64,000 bases of DNA from positions 358,732,001 through 358,796,000 of the forward strand of contig OZ024742.1 in the NCBI GenBank assembly GCA_964016885.1. Direction: 5' to 3'. Source of the stretch: Eledone cirrhosa (lineage: Eukaryota). The translations under genes and the position numbers were made by a program. This document shows, piece after piece, positions 53,076 through 64,000 of the stretch; the stretch's first letter is position 1; every line of letters starts with the position of its first letter. The notes under the pieces are model-generated. The model was given only the letters and a program-made list of their open reading frames with translations, did not search any database and had not been told where the DNA came from.

Positions 53076-53663
53076 TGTATAGTTGATTGGCTGCATGTTG
53101 CATTACAGTGCAGACACACATAGTGAGTTTTATGGTGGTGTGCAGGTATAGGTTACACTTAATAAATCTCCAGGACATAATTCCATTTCCTTGTAATCTT
53201 CTGCCCATAATAGTTATTATATGTGCTATATGCAGAATATTGCGTAATATCAGCGAAGTTATGCAATCTGGGGTGATTACAACTCATCAGCAGGGTTCCC
53301 ATACATCAACATATCGATCTTTAAGATGTACATGACTAGCAGGTATGCTAGCTTCCTGATTCTCACAGTTCACTGCCACCTTAGCACATGACCTCCTAAA
53401 TTGAAGAAGACGCTTTTGAAAAGAATACACTGATTGGTGGGCAGAGTTCAAACAACTGGAATTCTCACTAAAAATGTACTCCACCATTCATTTTCAAACA
53501 TATACATATATATATAGAAATACATAGACATAAGTGGGGGTTGATTTTCAATATAAAATCAAACAACTGACATTCAATATATAATTACTATATAAAAAAT
53601 TATTGAAAAGTTCAAACCTTACACTGGAGGTATATATATATATATTCATAAATAATAAATGAT

Positions 53664-53710
53664 CACACACACACACACACGTGTGTGTGTGTGTGCGTGT
53701 GCGTGTGCGT

Positions 53711-53747
<37 letters not shown>
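53664..53747. repeat. (CA)n followed by (GT)n/(GTGTGC)n microsatellite
   Basis: Direct inspection. Confidence 0.9.
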
Positions 53748-53748
<1 letters not shown>

Positions 53749-55190
53749 TAGTTTGGGGCCAAAATAATTTAATTTATTATTTCATATTTTATGCATATTT
53801 AAACTGTTGTTAAAACTATGTTTATGTTCATATAATATAAAAATTTGACAAAGAGATTCTGGTTTATATTTTACTTTCACTTTTGATTCTATGTTTTAGA
53901 TTGCCAAATTAAAGATGGACATAAAATGCAAAATTAAGCAATTTTACTGCATGAGCTGAAATTAGGTGACAGAGCACTGTTAAATGGAAGCAAAGAGCTC
54001 AAAAAGGACTATAATGGGCAGCTTGCAATATGTAGAAATACATTGGTCAGGGATCTGCCAATTAATGTACACCTCAACATTTCTTCCAAAAGTTTTGTAA
54101 TGAAGGCAAGAAGCTTGAAGTTGATAAATATCATGGATGTTGATCTGTGGAATGTTGTTATTCTGTTGATATTGAGCAATTGGCTGCTATTATTGTAGCA
54201 GATCTATTGATATTGAGCAATTGAGGGCTATTATTGTAGCAGATCTATTGATATTGAGCAATTGAGAGCTATTATTGTAGCAGATCTATTGATATTGAGC
54301 AATCGAGGGCTATTATTGTAGCAGATCTATTGATATTGATCAATTGAGGGCTTTTATTGTAGCAGATCTATTGATATTGAGCAAGTGAGGGCTATTATTG
54401 TAGCAGATATATGCCAACAAATCAAAACACTACCGAAGAACTCAATGTTGATCATATATTCAAGAGCTGCTCAAAATGTGTAGCACATTAAAAAAATAAA
54501 AAATAGTAAATAGATGTCATATGAGCAAAAGGAAAAAAAAGTTGTATGATGTCTTCCTTGCACATTTTTTTCAGAACAAAAACGATTAATTTTTTTAAAT
54601 CTATAGTGACATGTAACTCAAAAAAGATTCTATATACCAACCAATAGTGTTATACAGAGTAACCAGACTGTGACAAAACAGTAAAGCACTTTCTCTAACT
54701 GAAGCTGCAACAAAAGAAAGTTATAAACACTATTTGTTGATTGGTAAATGGAACTGTCTACTAGTATTTCAGTTATTGCCAGGAAATTGACAGATTTTAC
54801 AAAGAACTGAAACATTTACACTCAACATTTGTCAATTCAACATTCTTCTCCATGATAGTGTTCCCCAACATGTCTTTTCATAAATTGAATTAACAGGGAT
54901 ACAAAGCCCCATTTCATGCTTTATACTCCCTAGATCTCACTTTTACAAGCATCTCAGTATCTTCTTATAAAAGAAGTTCATCAACAAGTTAACATTCAAC
55001 TTAAAACACCTTTGAAGTATTCATCAGCTTCACGAATCCCCAATATTATGATTCCACAGTGACCAGACATGATTCTTATTGGCTTAAATATACAAATTCT
55101 AATGATTTTTATTTTGATTATAGTTGCTTTAAGCCCGGGTGTTATTTATAACTTTGGTTTTTAAAAATGTTATTTTTGCTGCAATATGAT
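53748..55190 (+). mobile_element. Highly degenerate mariner DNA transposon (Hsmar1-like transposase relic)
   Basis: Broken translation gives EQLRAIIVAD, EELNVDH, IVTCNSKKILY and a YSPDL-like segment near 54925. These recall Hsmar1 DQLRAIIEAD, EELNVDH, IVTCDEKWILY and YSPDL. The left end TTAGTTTGGGGCCAAAATAATT resembles a mariner TIR. Boundaries are approximate. Confidence 0.75.
54163..54408. repeat. 41-bp tandem repeat, 6 units
   Basis: CTATTGATATTGAGCAATTGAGGGCTATTATTGTAGCAGAT. Confidence 0.93.
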
Positions 55191-55211
55191 GCATATATGT
55201 ATATCTAATAT

Positions 55212-55394
55212 AATTGTTTCTACTTAAGGCCAGCAATTATACAGTACATTACTGGTACTTTATTTTATCGACCCCGTAAGGATGAAAGCCAAAGTTGACC
55301 TAGGTGGGATTTGAACTCAGAAAGGCAAGGGCCGTAACTCTATGCGTCAAAGCATGGTGTCCGACCCTCTACCAATACTGCCAATCCACCGCCT
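55212..55394 (-). mobile_element. tRNA-derived SINE (family A)
   Basis: Reverse complement of the 58578-58770 element; B-box GAGTTCAAATCC on the minus strand. Confidence 0.85.
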
Positions 55395-55657
55395 CTAATA
55401 TATATATGTATATCTATTATAATGGTTTCTACTTTAGGCACAGGAGAACTGTGAGACTGTGTCAGGTGTATTTTCTCTGAATATATTTCTAAAATAAGTT
55501 GGATTACTTTGAATGAATCGTGAATGAATATTATGTAATTTATCTACTAAATTTCCTAGCTCTTGATTTAACATGAATATTCTTATATACAATGTATTGC
55601 TTATTTCAAGATTCACGCCTTTTAAAATGTTCAAATGTCAACACTTCTGGTTAGCGT

Positions 55658-55843
55658 CCGGTGAATTGGCAGTATCGTTAGAGGGTTGGAAGCCATGCTT
55701 TCTAGCATAGTTACGTCCCTTTACGGTCTGAGTTCAAATCCCGTCGAGGTTAACTTTGCCTTTCATCCTTATGGGGTCGATAAAATAAAGTACCAGTAAT
55801 GTACTGGGTTTTGTTAGCCTTGAGCCAAAAGTAGAAACAATTA
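55658..55843 (+). mobile_element. tRNA-derived SINE (family A)
   Basis: TGGCAGTATCG A-box-like motif, GAGTTCAAATCC B-box, core ACTTTGCCTTTCATCCTTATGGGGTCGATAAAATAAAGTACCAG. Confidence 0.85.
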
Positions 55844-56111
55844 TATAATAACACATCGCGGTACGCTATATCACATCAAATATATAAACATTTATATAAT
55901 TGCATCGTTATATAACGTTTATATATCCGTCGCTAATTTTTGCTTTTTTCATTTTCAAAACATATTGCCGTAATGCAGTTTATATATAATATCGTCTTTT
56001 TTTTAATGTATCATGGATTGCTTTACTGATTACAGACGAGAGTGTAACACAGTCTCTCTTCAATTTCTGTGTATATTGTCAATTACAATTTTCTTTGACG
56101 TATCATATCTA

Positions 56112-56384
56112 CATCATAATCATCATCACCGTTTTGCGTCCATTCGTCCACGCTAGAATGGGTTAGACGTGTTGTCCTGTTGTGGCCAGTGCCAGGTCGG
56201 GTGACCTTGTCTTGCTCATACGGGAACTGATTTGGCTTGATTTCTACAGCTGGATGCCCTTCCTAACACCAACCTCATTTACATTGAATGCTGGGTGTTT
56301 TTTGTCCATGGCACCTATACGACCACTGTACACTGTGGGCTGGGTGCTTTTTGTCGTGACACCTTCACAACCACTTTGCAGTGG
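56112..56384 (-). mobile_element. 3' part of SINE family B with (ATG)n tail
   Basis: Aligns to 61510-61780. Confidence 0.75.
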
Positions 56385-56409
56385 GAGGGAATGGGGGCAT
56401 ATTTTCTAT

Positions 56410-56648
56410 ATTCTTCAGTGTCGGCTTGTTCTCATGGCAATCAGGTCTTCTGTATTACAGCTTGACGCCAGAGGTCACAGTCCTGTATCTTCGCCTTTGA
56501 GATGTGCAATTGGGCAAGGTCAGCTTTTATCACCTCACCCCAGGTCTTCTTGTATCTCCCCACTCCACGGCTTCCATTGACCTTTAGTGTTCTGCACCTT
56601 TTATGCAGCTGTCATCCTTCTTACACTTACACATCACATGTCCATACA
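56410..56648 (-). mobile_element. Degenerate RTE-like LINE ORF C-terminal fragment
   Basis: Minus-strand translation YGHV...GSRGVGRYKKTWGEVIKADL...DCDLWRQAV, similar to 60345-60648. Confidence 0.65.
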
Positions 56649-56963
56649 AACGCCTACATGCATATATATTTGCATATAATATCAACATGCACACTACACA
56701 TGCTAGCAGAAAATCACTTAAAGGGTGATTTTTCTACTAGTATATATAATGTCCAACCCATGCAAATATGGGAATACGGACGTAAAAACGATGATGATGA
56801 TGATTGATGGTAAAAGAAATACTCAATATTTTCAGTCAGGAATCTTATAAACACAGAATGTTATGAGAGATTGTTATTTTTGCTTGACTCATTGAGTAGA
56901 GTGCGGAAAATAGTGTTTATTTTAAGGATATAGCATTGCAAATGGGCATTAAATATTAAATAT

Positions 56964-57121
56964 AATGGTTTCTGATTTAGGCACAAAGCCAGCAATTTTA
57001 GGGGCGGAGAAAATGGATTAAATCGACCCCAGTGTGTGACTCGTACTTTATTTTATCAACCTCATAAGGACGAAAGGCAAAGCTAACATCGGTGGGATTT
57101 GAAGTCAGAACATAAAGGGCT
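56964..57121 (-). mobile_element. Partial, diverged SINE family A relative
   Basis: Contains GTACTTTATTTTATC..GAAAGGCAAAG..GGGATTTGAA, the reverse-complement core and B-box. Confidence 0.7.
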
Positions 57122-57186
57122 GTAGATAACAAAAATGTTGTAATCTTATCATAGAGTTTGTTAATAGTCTTTATATTTTGGGAAAC

Positions 57187-57350
57187 ATCCCTTCACCAAA
57201 AGAAGAATTGAGGAAACTAATTCTGACCAGGATATTTTGTAACATTCTTATACTGCCATTTTTTAAATCAGATTATAAAATGGCAGCATAAGAATAACAA
57301 AATATCATGTTCCAAATTAGTTTCCTGAATTTCTTTTTTGAGGAAGGGAT
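57187..57350. repeat. Imperfect ~165-bp palindrome (MITE-like)
   Basis: ATCCCTTC..GGAAACTAATT..ATTCTTATACTGCCATTTT pairs with AAAATGGCAGCATAAGAAT..AATTAGTTTCC..GAAGGGAT. Confidence 0.8.
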
Positions 57351-57995
57351 TTAATCATGAAATATCAAGTTAATTAAACAGCTCCAAGGTAACAGTCCAA
57401 TGTTGTTGTTTTCAAAATGTAATCCCATTTTCATTGATGTAACCTTCTAATAAACCAGTTTTTTATTCAGTGTTATATATATTCTTGTGAGTGTTTTGTG
57501 ACAACTGAAATCTTGTAGCCCAATCATTTCTAATTAATTTATTTCAGTTAAATCTTGCAACTCTCTATACAAATGACTGTGCAATGTGAAATATTCTCTA
57601 GGGCAAGCTTAGTTAATTGATCAATTACGAAAGAAAGATTGCTCTGAAATAATTGACAGTTATACAATAGTTTTCACTTGTATTTCATGGGTGTGTGTTT
57701 AATGATAGAAAGGATATCTAGTTCTCAATGAGTTTCTTTTACAAAACTCTATCTCTCATGTCCTTAAATTGAACTATTTGACATAAGATTCTAAGGATAA
57801 ATCCCAATACATTTAAAAGGTGTTGTTACCTTTATTGTCATTAGAAATTCAGCTTCCCCAGAAAGATATTTTTATATGTGTTAAAAATATAAGGGTAATT
57901 AAATCAATATTTATTACAATATTCATTAATACTTTTATGTTAATCCAAAATATTAATAGAATTAATAACGGTTATATTGTAAACAATCATTTTTT

Positions 57996-58144
57996 TCATC
58001 ATTTCATTTTACGTCCACTTTTTCTCTGCTTGCAAGGGTGGGACGTTAACTGATTCAGGCTTGATTTCTACAGCTGGATGTCCTTCCTAACACCAACCTC
58101 ATTTACAGTGAGTGCTGGGTGCTTTTTTGCCGTGGCACCTGCAC
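57996..58144 (-). mobile_element. Partial SINE family B with RTE-like tail
   Basis: Body GCTTGATTTCTACAGCTGGATG..CCTAACACCAACCTCATTTACA is shared with the 56112 and 61510 copies. Confidence 0.75.
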
Positions 58145-58577
58145 AAAATACTAGTTATAATTATAATAATAGTTACATTAACACTTTAGCATTTAAACCG
58201 GCTGTATCTGGCCAGAATTCTCTCACCTCTTTCTGTTCAAACCAGCTATAACTGGCCATGTTTTATAAATAAATAATATCAAAATCTCATAGATTCGATA
58301 TTATGTGAGATAATTATGTGAAATAAAGTGTTTACAGTGAAAATACAATAGTAGACATAGAGGAATGTAAATGATAAAAGGTTAAACAATACTAGTAATA
58401 ATAAATATTTTTGAAATTAGTTTAGTCAGTGAAGCGATGGTAGTGCCAGGATCTCTAAAAGAATGAAGCTGACCTCAGATGAGCGGCTTATCTTACATTC
58501 TTGTAACAGAGCTGACTCTGATTCTAATAATGGTATTGAAGGGCAATATTATTACACCTAAATATTATTACACCTAA

Positions 58578-58770
58578 GGGGCAGTGGATTGGCAGTATCG
58601 GTAGAGGGTCGGACGCCATGCTTTGACGTATAGAGTTACGGCCCTTGCCATTCTGAGTTCAAATCCCGCCGAGGTCAACTTTGCCTTTCATCCTTACGGG
58701 GTCGATAAAAATAAAGTACCAGTAATGCACTGGGTAATTGTTGGCCTTGTGCTAAAACGTAGAAACTATT
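58578..58770 (+). mobile_element. tRNA-derived SINE (family A), full length, with TSD
   Basis: A and B boxes; flanked by TATTATTACACCTAA and TATTATTACACCGAA. Confidence 0.88.
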
Positions 58771-59545
58771 ATTACACCGAAATTTTTTTAATTGATTCAG
58801 CTGTCTTAATGGGACTTGCTTGGTGCTATTTTTAGCATTCCTTATGGCCTGTCCTGTAATATCTGCCTTTCTGTTAAATGTTATTTTAACACTATGTGGA
58901 TAACATTTAAAAATTCTTCCATGGGCCGGTGACTTATAATTTTGAGCAGTGTGAGGTATATTTTTAGAAGACGTAAACTTACTAATGAAAACTATCTTGG
59001 TCTTGATATGCTTATTACCTAAATTGATGAATGGAAATTGATACTAATCACTAAGATCGATGGTTTTCTTCTTTTCTTTGATTTCCAGAAACAGATCTGT
59101 CAAAGGTACAATGTCACCATCTTGAAGAAACTATATTTACTTACATAATAATTGTTCTGTATGTACAAAATACTGGTTATTTGTCAATTGACATATATTA
59201 TTTTATATATCGTTTAAACTTGTATAACTGATAAAGTTCATGGAGTTTTTTTATTGAGAAACATAATCGATATATATTTTATATGTATTGATTAAACCTG
59301 CTTCAGGTGAAGAAATATCTGTATCTCAACTCTTTCTTTGTTGGAATTATTATGATTTTTTTATTATCTACCTGATTGTTTCCACATGGGTACTGCTGTC
59401 TTATGAATTAATCAATATCATATGCTACAAGGCGAATTTCCAACTGTGATCTTAGCTGTTCTATTCCTAGCTAAATAGATAACCCATGCTGGCCTCCATG
59501 TCACCAGATTGATTTAAATGATCTACTATATATAGATATAACATT

Positions 59546-59686
59546 GAGAAAAATGCTGTGATTACGTAAAATATTTATTCATTATAATTATGGCTACCCT
59601 TATGCAGTCCAAGATTTTTTGCATAAGGGTAGTCATAGAAATAATTGTAATGAATAAACGCTTTATGTAATCACAGCGTCTTTCTT
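59546..59686. repeat. Imperfect ~140-bp palindrome (MITE-like)
   Basis: GCTGTGATTACGTAAA..TTTATTCATTATAATTATGGCTACCCTTATGCA pairs with TGCATAAGGGTAGTCATA..ATAATTGTAATGAATAAA..TTTATGTAATCACAGC. Confidence 0.8.
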
Positions 59687-59926
59687 GTTATTCTTATACT
59701 GAACCTCCATCGCAACTACACACTACGAATGTAGAGTGCCTTCTCCTGCATACTTCTGTTTTTTACCAAAACAATCTTTTAATTTTTTACTGAACACTAT
59801 ATATATATACATGCATACATACATATGTATATATAGAAGGTAAAAACAAAAAAACAAAAACAATAACGAAGAGTGCAGTACAAGCAGTGTTAGTATTAGG
59901 TTCACGCTTGAGATTGGGGGATGGGG

Positions 59927-59957
59927 GACGATGTTTCGGGCATAAGTCCTTCATCAG
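59927..59957 (-). ncRNA. Hammerhead ribozyme-like core, probably degenerate (Penelope-type)
   Basis: Minus strand reads CUGAUGA-AGGACUUAUGCCC-GAAAC-AUC-GUC. Confidence 0.5.
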
Positions 59958-60344
59958 GAAAAAGGTGGGAAGGAAAAGAGTTCCGAGGGTGTGAGGGAGA
60001 GTGGTGGAAAGATATTAAAAGGTGGGGGGAACTAAAGGGAAGGAGGGGAGAGGGAAGAAGGAAACAGGGGGTCCGAGCGGGGAGGGCGGAAGGTGGTCTG
60101 TGTGTGTATGTATGGGTGTGAGTGAGATTTTGGGGAAGAACGAGGTTCCATGTTCGGGTAATAGGAAAACCAGTGTGTACATTGGGTGGGGTGTAAGTCA
60201 GTGTGTGTGTGTGGATGGAGAGGGATCGGAGGGGTGGGGGAGAGGGGACGTGTGGAGTTTGGAGGCCAAGTATGTGTATCTGAGGAGACGTACGTGTGTG
60301 TGTGTGTATTTTTGTGTGGTGTGGAGACGTATAAATATATATAT

Positions 60345-60671
60345 AGATGTGTTGAGAGAGAAACTGTACCTGAGAGGCATAAATTGTAGTGTGCGGGATA
60401 GGAGATTGCGATGGTATGGACATGTGATTGTCATGGAGGATGACCGATGGGTGAATAAGTGCCAAGAAATGCCAGTTGAAGGAAGATGTAATAGAGGAAG
60501 ACCACGAAAATCCTGGGCGGAGGTGGTGAGAGCAGACCTCAGATCGCTGAAGCTCACGGAGGAGATGGTAAAGGACCATGACAAGTGGAGAGATGCTGTG
60601 CTGTATAGGACCCGTCCCACCCTTGCAAGCAGAGAAAAGCGGATGTAAAATGATGATGATGATGATGATGA
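60345..60671 (+). mobile_element. 3' fragment of an RTE-like LINE with (ATG)n tail
   Basis: RRLRWYGHV...GRCNRGRPRKSWAEVVRADL...DHDKWR, the typical RTE C-terminal motifs. Confidence 0.85.
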
Positions 60672-61309
60672 TATAATATATGTAGTTGATAATATGGATG
60701 CAAATGTATTGTGTTCATGTAAATACACAGATCACCACGAGCTGTGAAGCAAAGCTCTTAAACACATAACCATAGATATATCCAGTTATGTTAATACTAC
60801 TATAAATATAAAGTTAGTGATATAATTGTATTGATGTAATAGTTATAGCATCAGTGACACCATCATATCAATACTAACTCATTAAATCTAATAGTAACTC
60901 AGTGATAGTAATACTGAACTAGTAATAACTTTGGTGACCTTTAAATAATATAATTAGTTCGGCTGTGAATGTTTGGTACATCACCATTCTCAGAGGTTAT
61001 ATAGAAATAATTTCCTGTCACCTTCAGGCAAAAGGAAGAAATTGTGATATTTACTGTCAATTATCCTAACAGTTGATAATTATACTATACTATATTCCTT
61101 CATCATCATCGTCATCATCATCAACACCATCATTATCTTCATCATCATCATCATCATCATCGTTTTACATCTGTTTATCTATGCTTGCATGGGGTGGACA
61201 GGTTAGTAGTAAATAACAGTTCTTACCAGAAAATAATTGTTTCTACTTTGGGCACAATGATACTTATTTGTGGTTCACTACAATGTGTGTGTGTGTACCG
61301 TTCTTTTAC

Positions 61310-61505
61310 TTCTCCTTTGCCCACTTATTCCTGAGAGGGTCGTGAAAGCAGACTCCTCAAACACTCCTACCAGCAGGTCCTTTCAGGAGCAACCATCTCC
61401 AACTGATCCAGCTGGATCTCCAAGCATGACCAGCCAACCATCTTGCATGGGTCTACCCCTGGGTCTCCTGCCAGTTGGTTTTGCCTATAAAATCTGTCCA
61501 GCGAT
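61310..61505 (-). mobile_element. Degenerate RTE-like LINE fragment
   Basis: Minus-strand translation includes KPTGRRPRGRP. Confidence 0.45.
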
Positions 61506-61509
61506 TCTT

Positions 61510-61955
61510 TCATCATCATCATCACTGCTTTACGTCAGTTCTTCCACGCTAGCATGGGTTAGACGGGTTGTCCTGTTGTGTGCAGTGTCCGATCGGCTGA
61601 CCTTGTCTTGCTCATACGGGAACTGATTCTGGCTTGATTTCTACAGCTGGAGGCCCTTCTTAACACCAACCTAATTTACAGTGAGTGCTGGGTGCTTTTT
61701 TCCGTGGCACTTACACGTCCACTTTACAGTGTGGGCTGGGTGCTTTTTTGCCGTGGCAGCTCCACAACCACTTTGCAGTGGAATGATAGGGACCCCAGTC
61801 CCTATCATCTCATTTCTACAGCTGAGTAAACTGGAGCAATGTGAAATAAAGTGTCTTGCTCAAGGAAACAACACATCAATCGGTCTGAGAATTGAAATCA
61901 CAACCTTTCGATTGCAAGCCCAATGCTCTAACCACTAAGCCATGCGCCTTCATTC
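61510..61955 (-). mobile_element. tRNA-derived SINE (family B), apparently full length, RTE-like (ATG)n tail
   Basis: Minus strand: GGCGCATGGCTTAGTGGTTAGAGCA A-box head, CCTTGAGCAAGACACTTT core-like segment, tail ..ACGTAAAGCAGTGATGATGATGA. Confidence 0.8.
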
Positions 61956-62152
61956 GCCTTCTTTCCGGAGACATTCTAACCACATACCATAGTATCGGAG
62001 CTGTGATGAGTCAATTCGCAGAAGTAGTGGCTCTACCTGGAGTGACTCTCTGATGTCCGAGCTACACACTGTAGCATGTAACATTACTCCAAAGATTCTT
62101 CAGAGGAACACCATTTTAGCCACTTGATTTGCATCATTACCAATAATATATG

Positions 62153-62383
62153 CCATTGAATGTTAAAATGTGGTTAGCTAGAATCTGTGTGTGTGTGTGT
62201 ATATACCACTGTATCATATATATATGCGTGTGTGTAGCACTGTATCATATATATGTGTGTGTACCATTGAATGTTAAAAATGTGGTTAGCTAGAATGCTT
62301 GTGTGTGTGTGTGTGTGTGTGTGTGTACCATTGAATGCTAGAATGTATGTGTGTGTGTGTATACCATTGAATGCTAGAATGTA

Positions 62384-62414
<31 letters not shown>

Positions 62415-62471
62415 GTGTACCATTGAATGCTAGTATGTATGTGTGTGTGTGTGTGTGCGTGTGTGTGTGTG

Positions 62472-62503
<32 letters not shown>

Positions 62504-62555
62504 CCATTGAATGCTAGTATGTATGTGTGTGTGTGTTCCATTGGATGTTAAAATG
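62153..62555. repeat. Compound minisatellite CCATTGAATGCTAGAATGTAT(GT)n
   Basis: A CCATTG(A/G)ATG anchor recurs about seven times with variable GT runs. Confidence 0.85.
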
Positions 62556-63778
62556 TTCCAATGATAAGATATAAACCAGTGAATATTAGCTTAGTAAGTT
62601 TAGTTTCTTTTGACAAAGTTAGTTGAGGCTATTTTGACTGGTGTAACAAACAACATCATTAGTGGATGGCACAGACAACATAATTACTAAAGGAGACTAC
62701 ACAAAATATACATTGCCTTTCACAGACAGAATAAAAGACATCTCCTTAATATTGTTTTAGATTTGATATGGAACAAGGAGAATTTACGTGTCATTGCTTT
62801 CTCTATATTATATATATTTTCTGGAAAATAGTAGTCTTCATTATAATTTGATTGCTTCACTGAAAGTTGGATATAAAAGGTGCTCATCGGTAATAATCAA
62901 ATAATTGTCACATTTGTGTGAGTGTGTAGAGCAATTGAAAGAGATCAAAGAAACTAAACAAGTGAGACCAATTATAACTCCTGTCTTTGATGCATCATTA
63001 ACCAACAAATGTCCCTTTGTATCAGCAATAATATATAACAGAACAACAAATAGCTAACTAAAATTGCTGAAACACAGTGCAGTGATACATGTAGAAGTTT
63101 TATTTGTATACACTAGAGACTGAAAGCTTTTTACACTGTTCACTCACATGGATATTATCTGCATCTAATTTATAATATGTTTGTGTTTTTACTATCACCA
63201 TTCTTGAATTTGCTCTTGTAATAAGTCATTTGTTGTAACAGCTTATGGATATTCATGATATAATGTATTCAGTCATCTCACACACTTCATTAGAGTTTGA
63301 AGATGAGATTATATAAAACAATCAAATGTTGAAAGAAACTGTTGAATTCTTGAATTCCTTAAGGGAATGTAGACATTTTTTAATGGAATATAGTAACCTC
63401 AGTTTACTAAAAACAAAAAGGCAAACTAATATTTATTTATGTCATACAATTGAGTGCAATGAATACTGCAAAATATGATACAATCTAATATAGAATTCTG
63501 TTTTGTATAAACTAATCTTAGTGGAAAAAACAGAAAAATTAGCAGAGTCGAGTGTCAGGGCTGGATTTAATTTCCAACAGGTGTACCAAAGTTGCCGAGG
63601 TGTAAAGGTAATAAGGTAAAACCTGAAGTTTGTTCTCATTAACATTATTTTCAAATTGACCCCTTAGATATTTAGACAGTCTCTCTGTTGGTGTGTGCCC
63701 CACCGTGGGAATCACTGATCTAATTTGTTCTTCACATTTACGTGGGAAATTTATGAACATTGTTGTCAGAATAACTAG

Positions 63779-63947
63779 AATGTCTGACGCCATGCTTTGC
63801 AGCAAAGAGTTACGGCTCTTTATGATCTGAGTTCAAATCCCGCTGAGGTTAACTTTGCCTTTCCGCCTTACGGGGTCAGAAAATAATGTACCAGTAATAC
63901 ACTGGGATAATAGCTGGCCTTGTGCCAAAATGTAGAAACAATTATTA
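63779..63947 (+). mobile_element. 5'-truncated SINE family A with 13-bp TSD
   Basis: TCAGAATAACTAG at 63766-63778 and 63948-63960; B-box present. Confidence 0.85.
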
Positions 63948-64000
63948 TCAGAATAACTAGGATAAAATATGAATAATTAATTAGATTTGACATACTGTTT

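Overview
Eukaryotic DNA; the SINE and microsatellite content suggests a coleoid cephalopod such as Octopus (inference, not verified). Bases 1-49091 are a head-to-tail array of nine near-identical copies of a 5.6-kb two-ORF non-LTR retrotransposon of the L1 group, probably Tx1 clade. Eight copies are complete; the first is cut by the window edge. ORF1 has a CCHC zinc knuckle, and ORF2 has APE endonuclease, RT and a C-terminal zinc finger. The copies lack poly(A) tails and 5' truncations, and every junction is TCTG-type simple sequence in a fixed register. Spacers are 8-48 bp or a 36-bp TCTG-derived minisatellite. Copies 5-8 alternate a nonsense allele and a 78-bp deletion allele with an 11,194-bp period. 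The array ends on an older, diverged 3' fragment of the same family whose 3' UTR stems show compensatory changes. Bases 49866-64000 are AT-rich, repeat-rich flank: Helitron-like elements, a fossil mariner, two tRNA-derived SINE families, RTE-like LINE fragments, palindromes, a hammerhead-like motif and microsatellites. No host protein-coding gene could be supported. All comparisons were made by eye; no searches were run.
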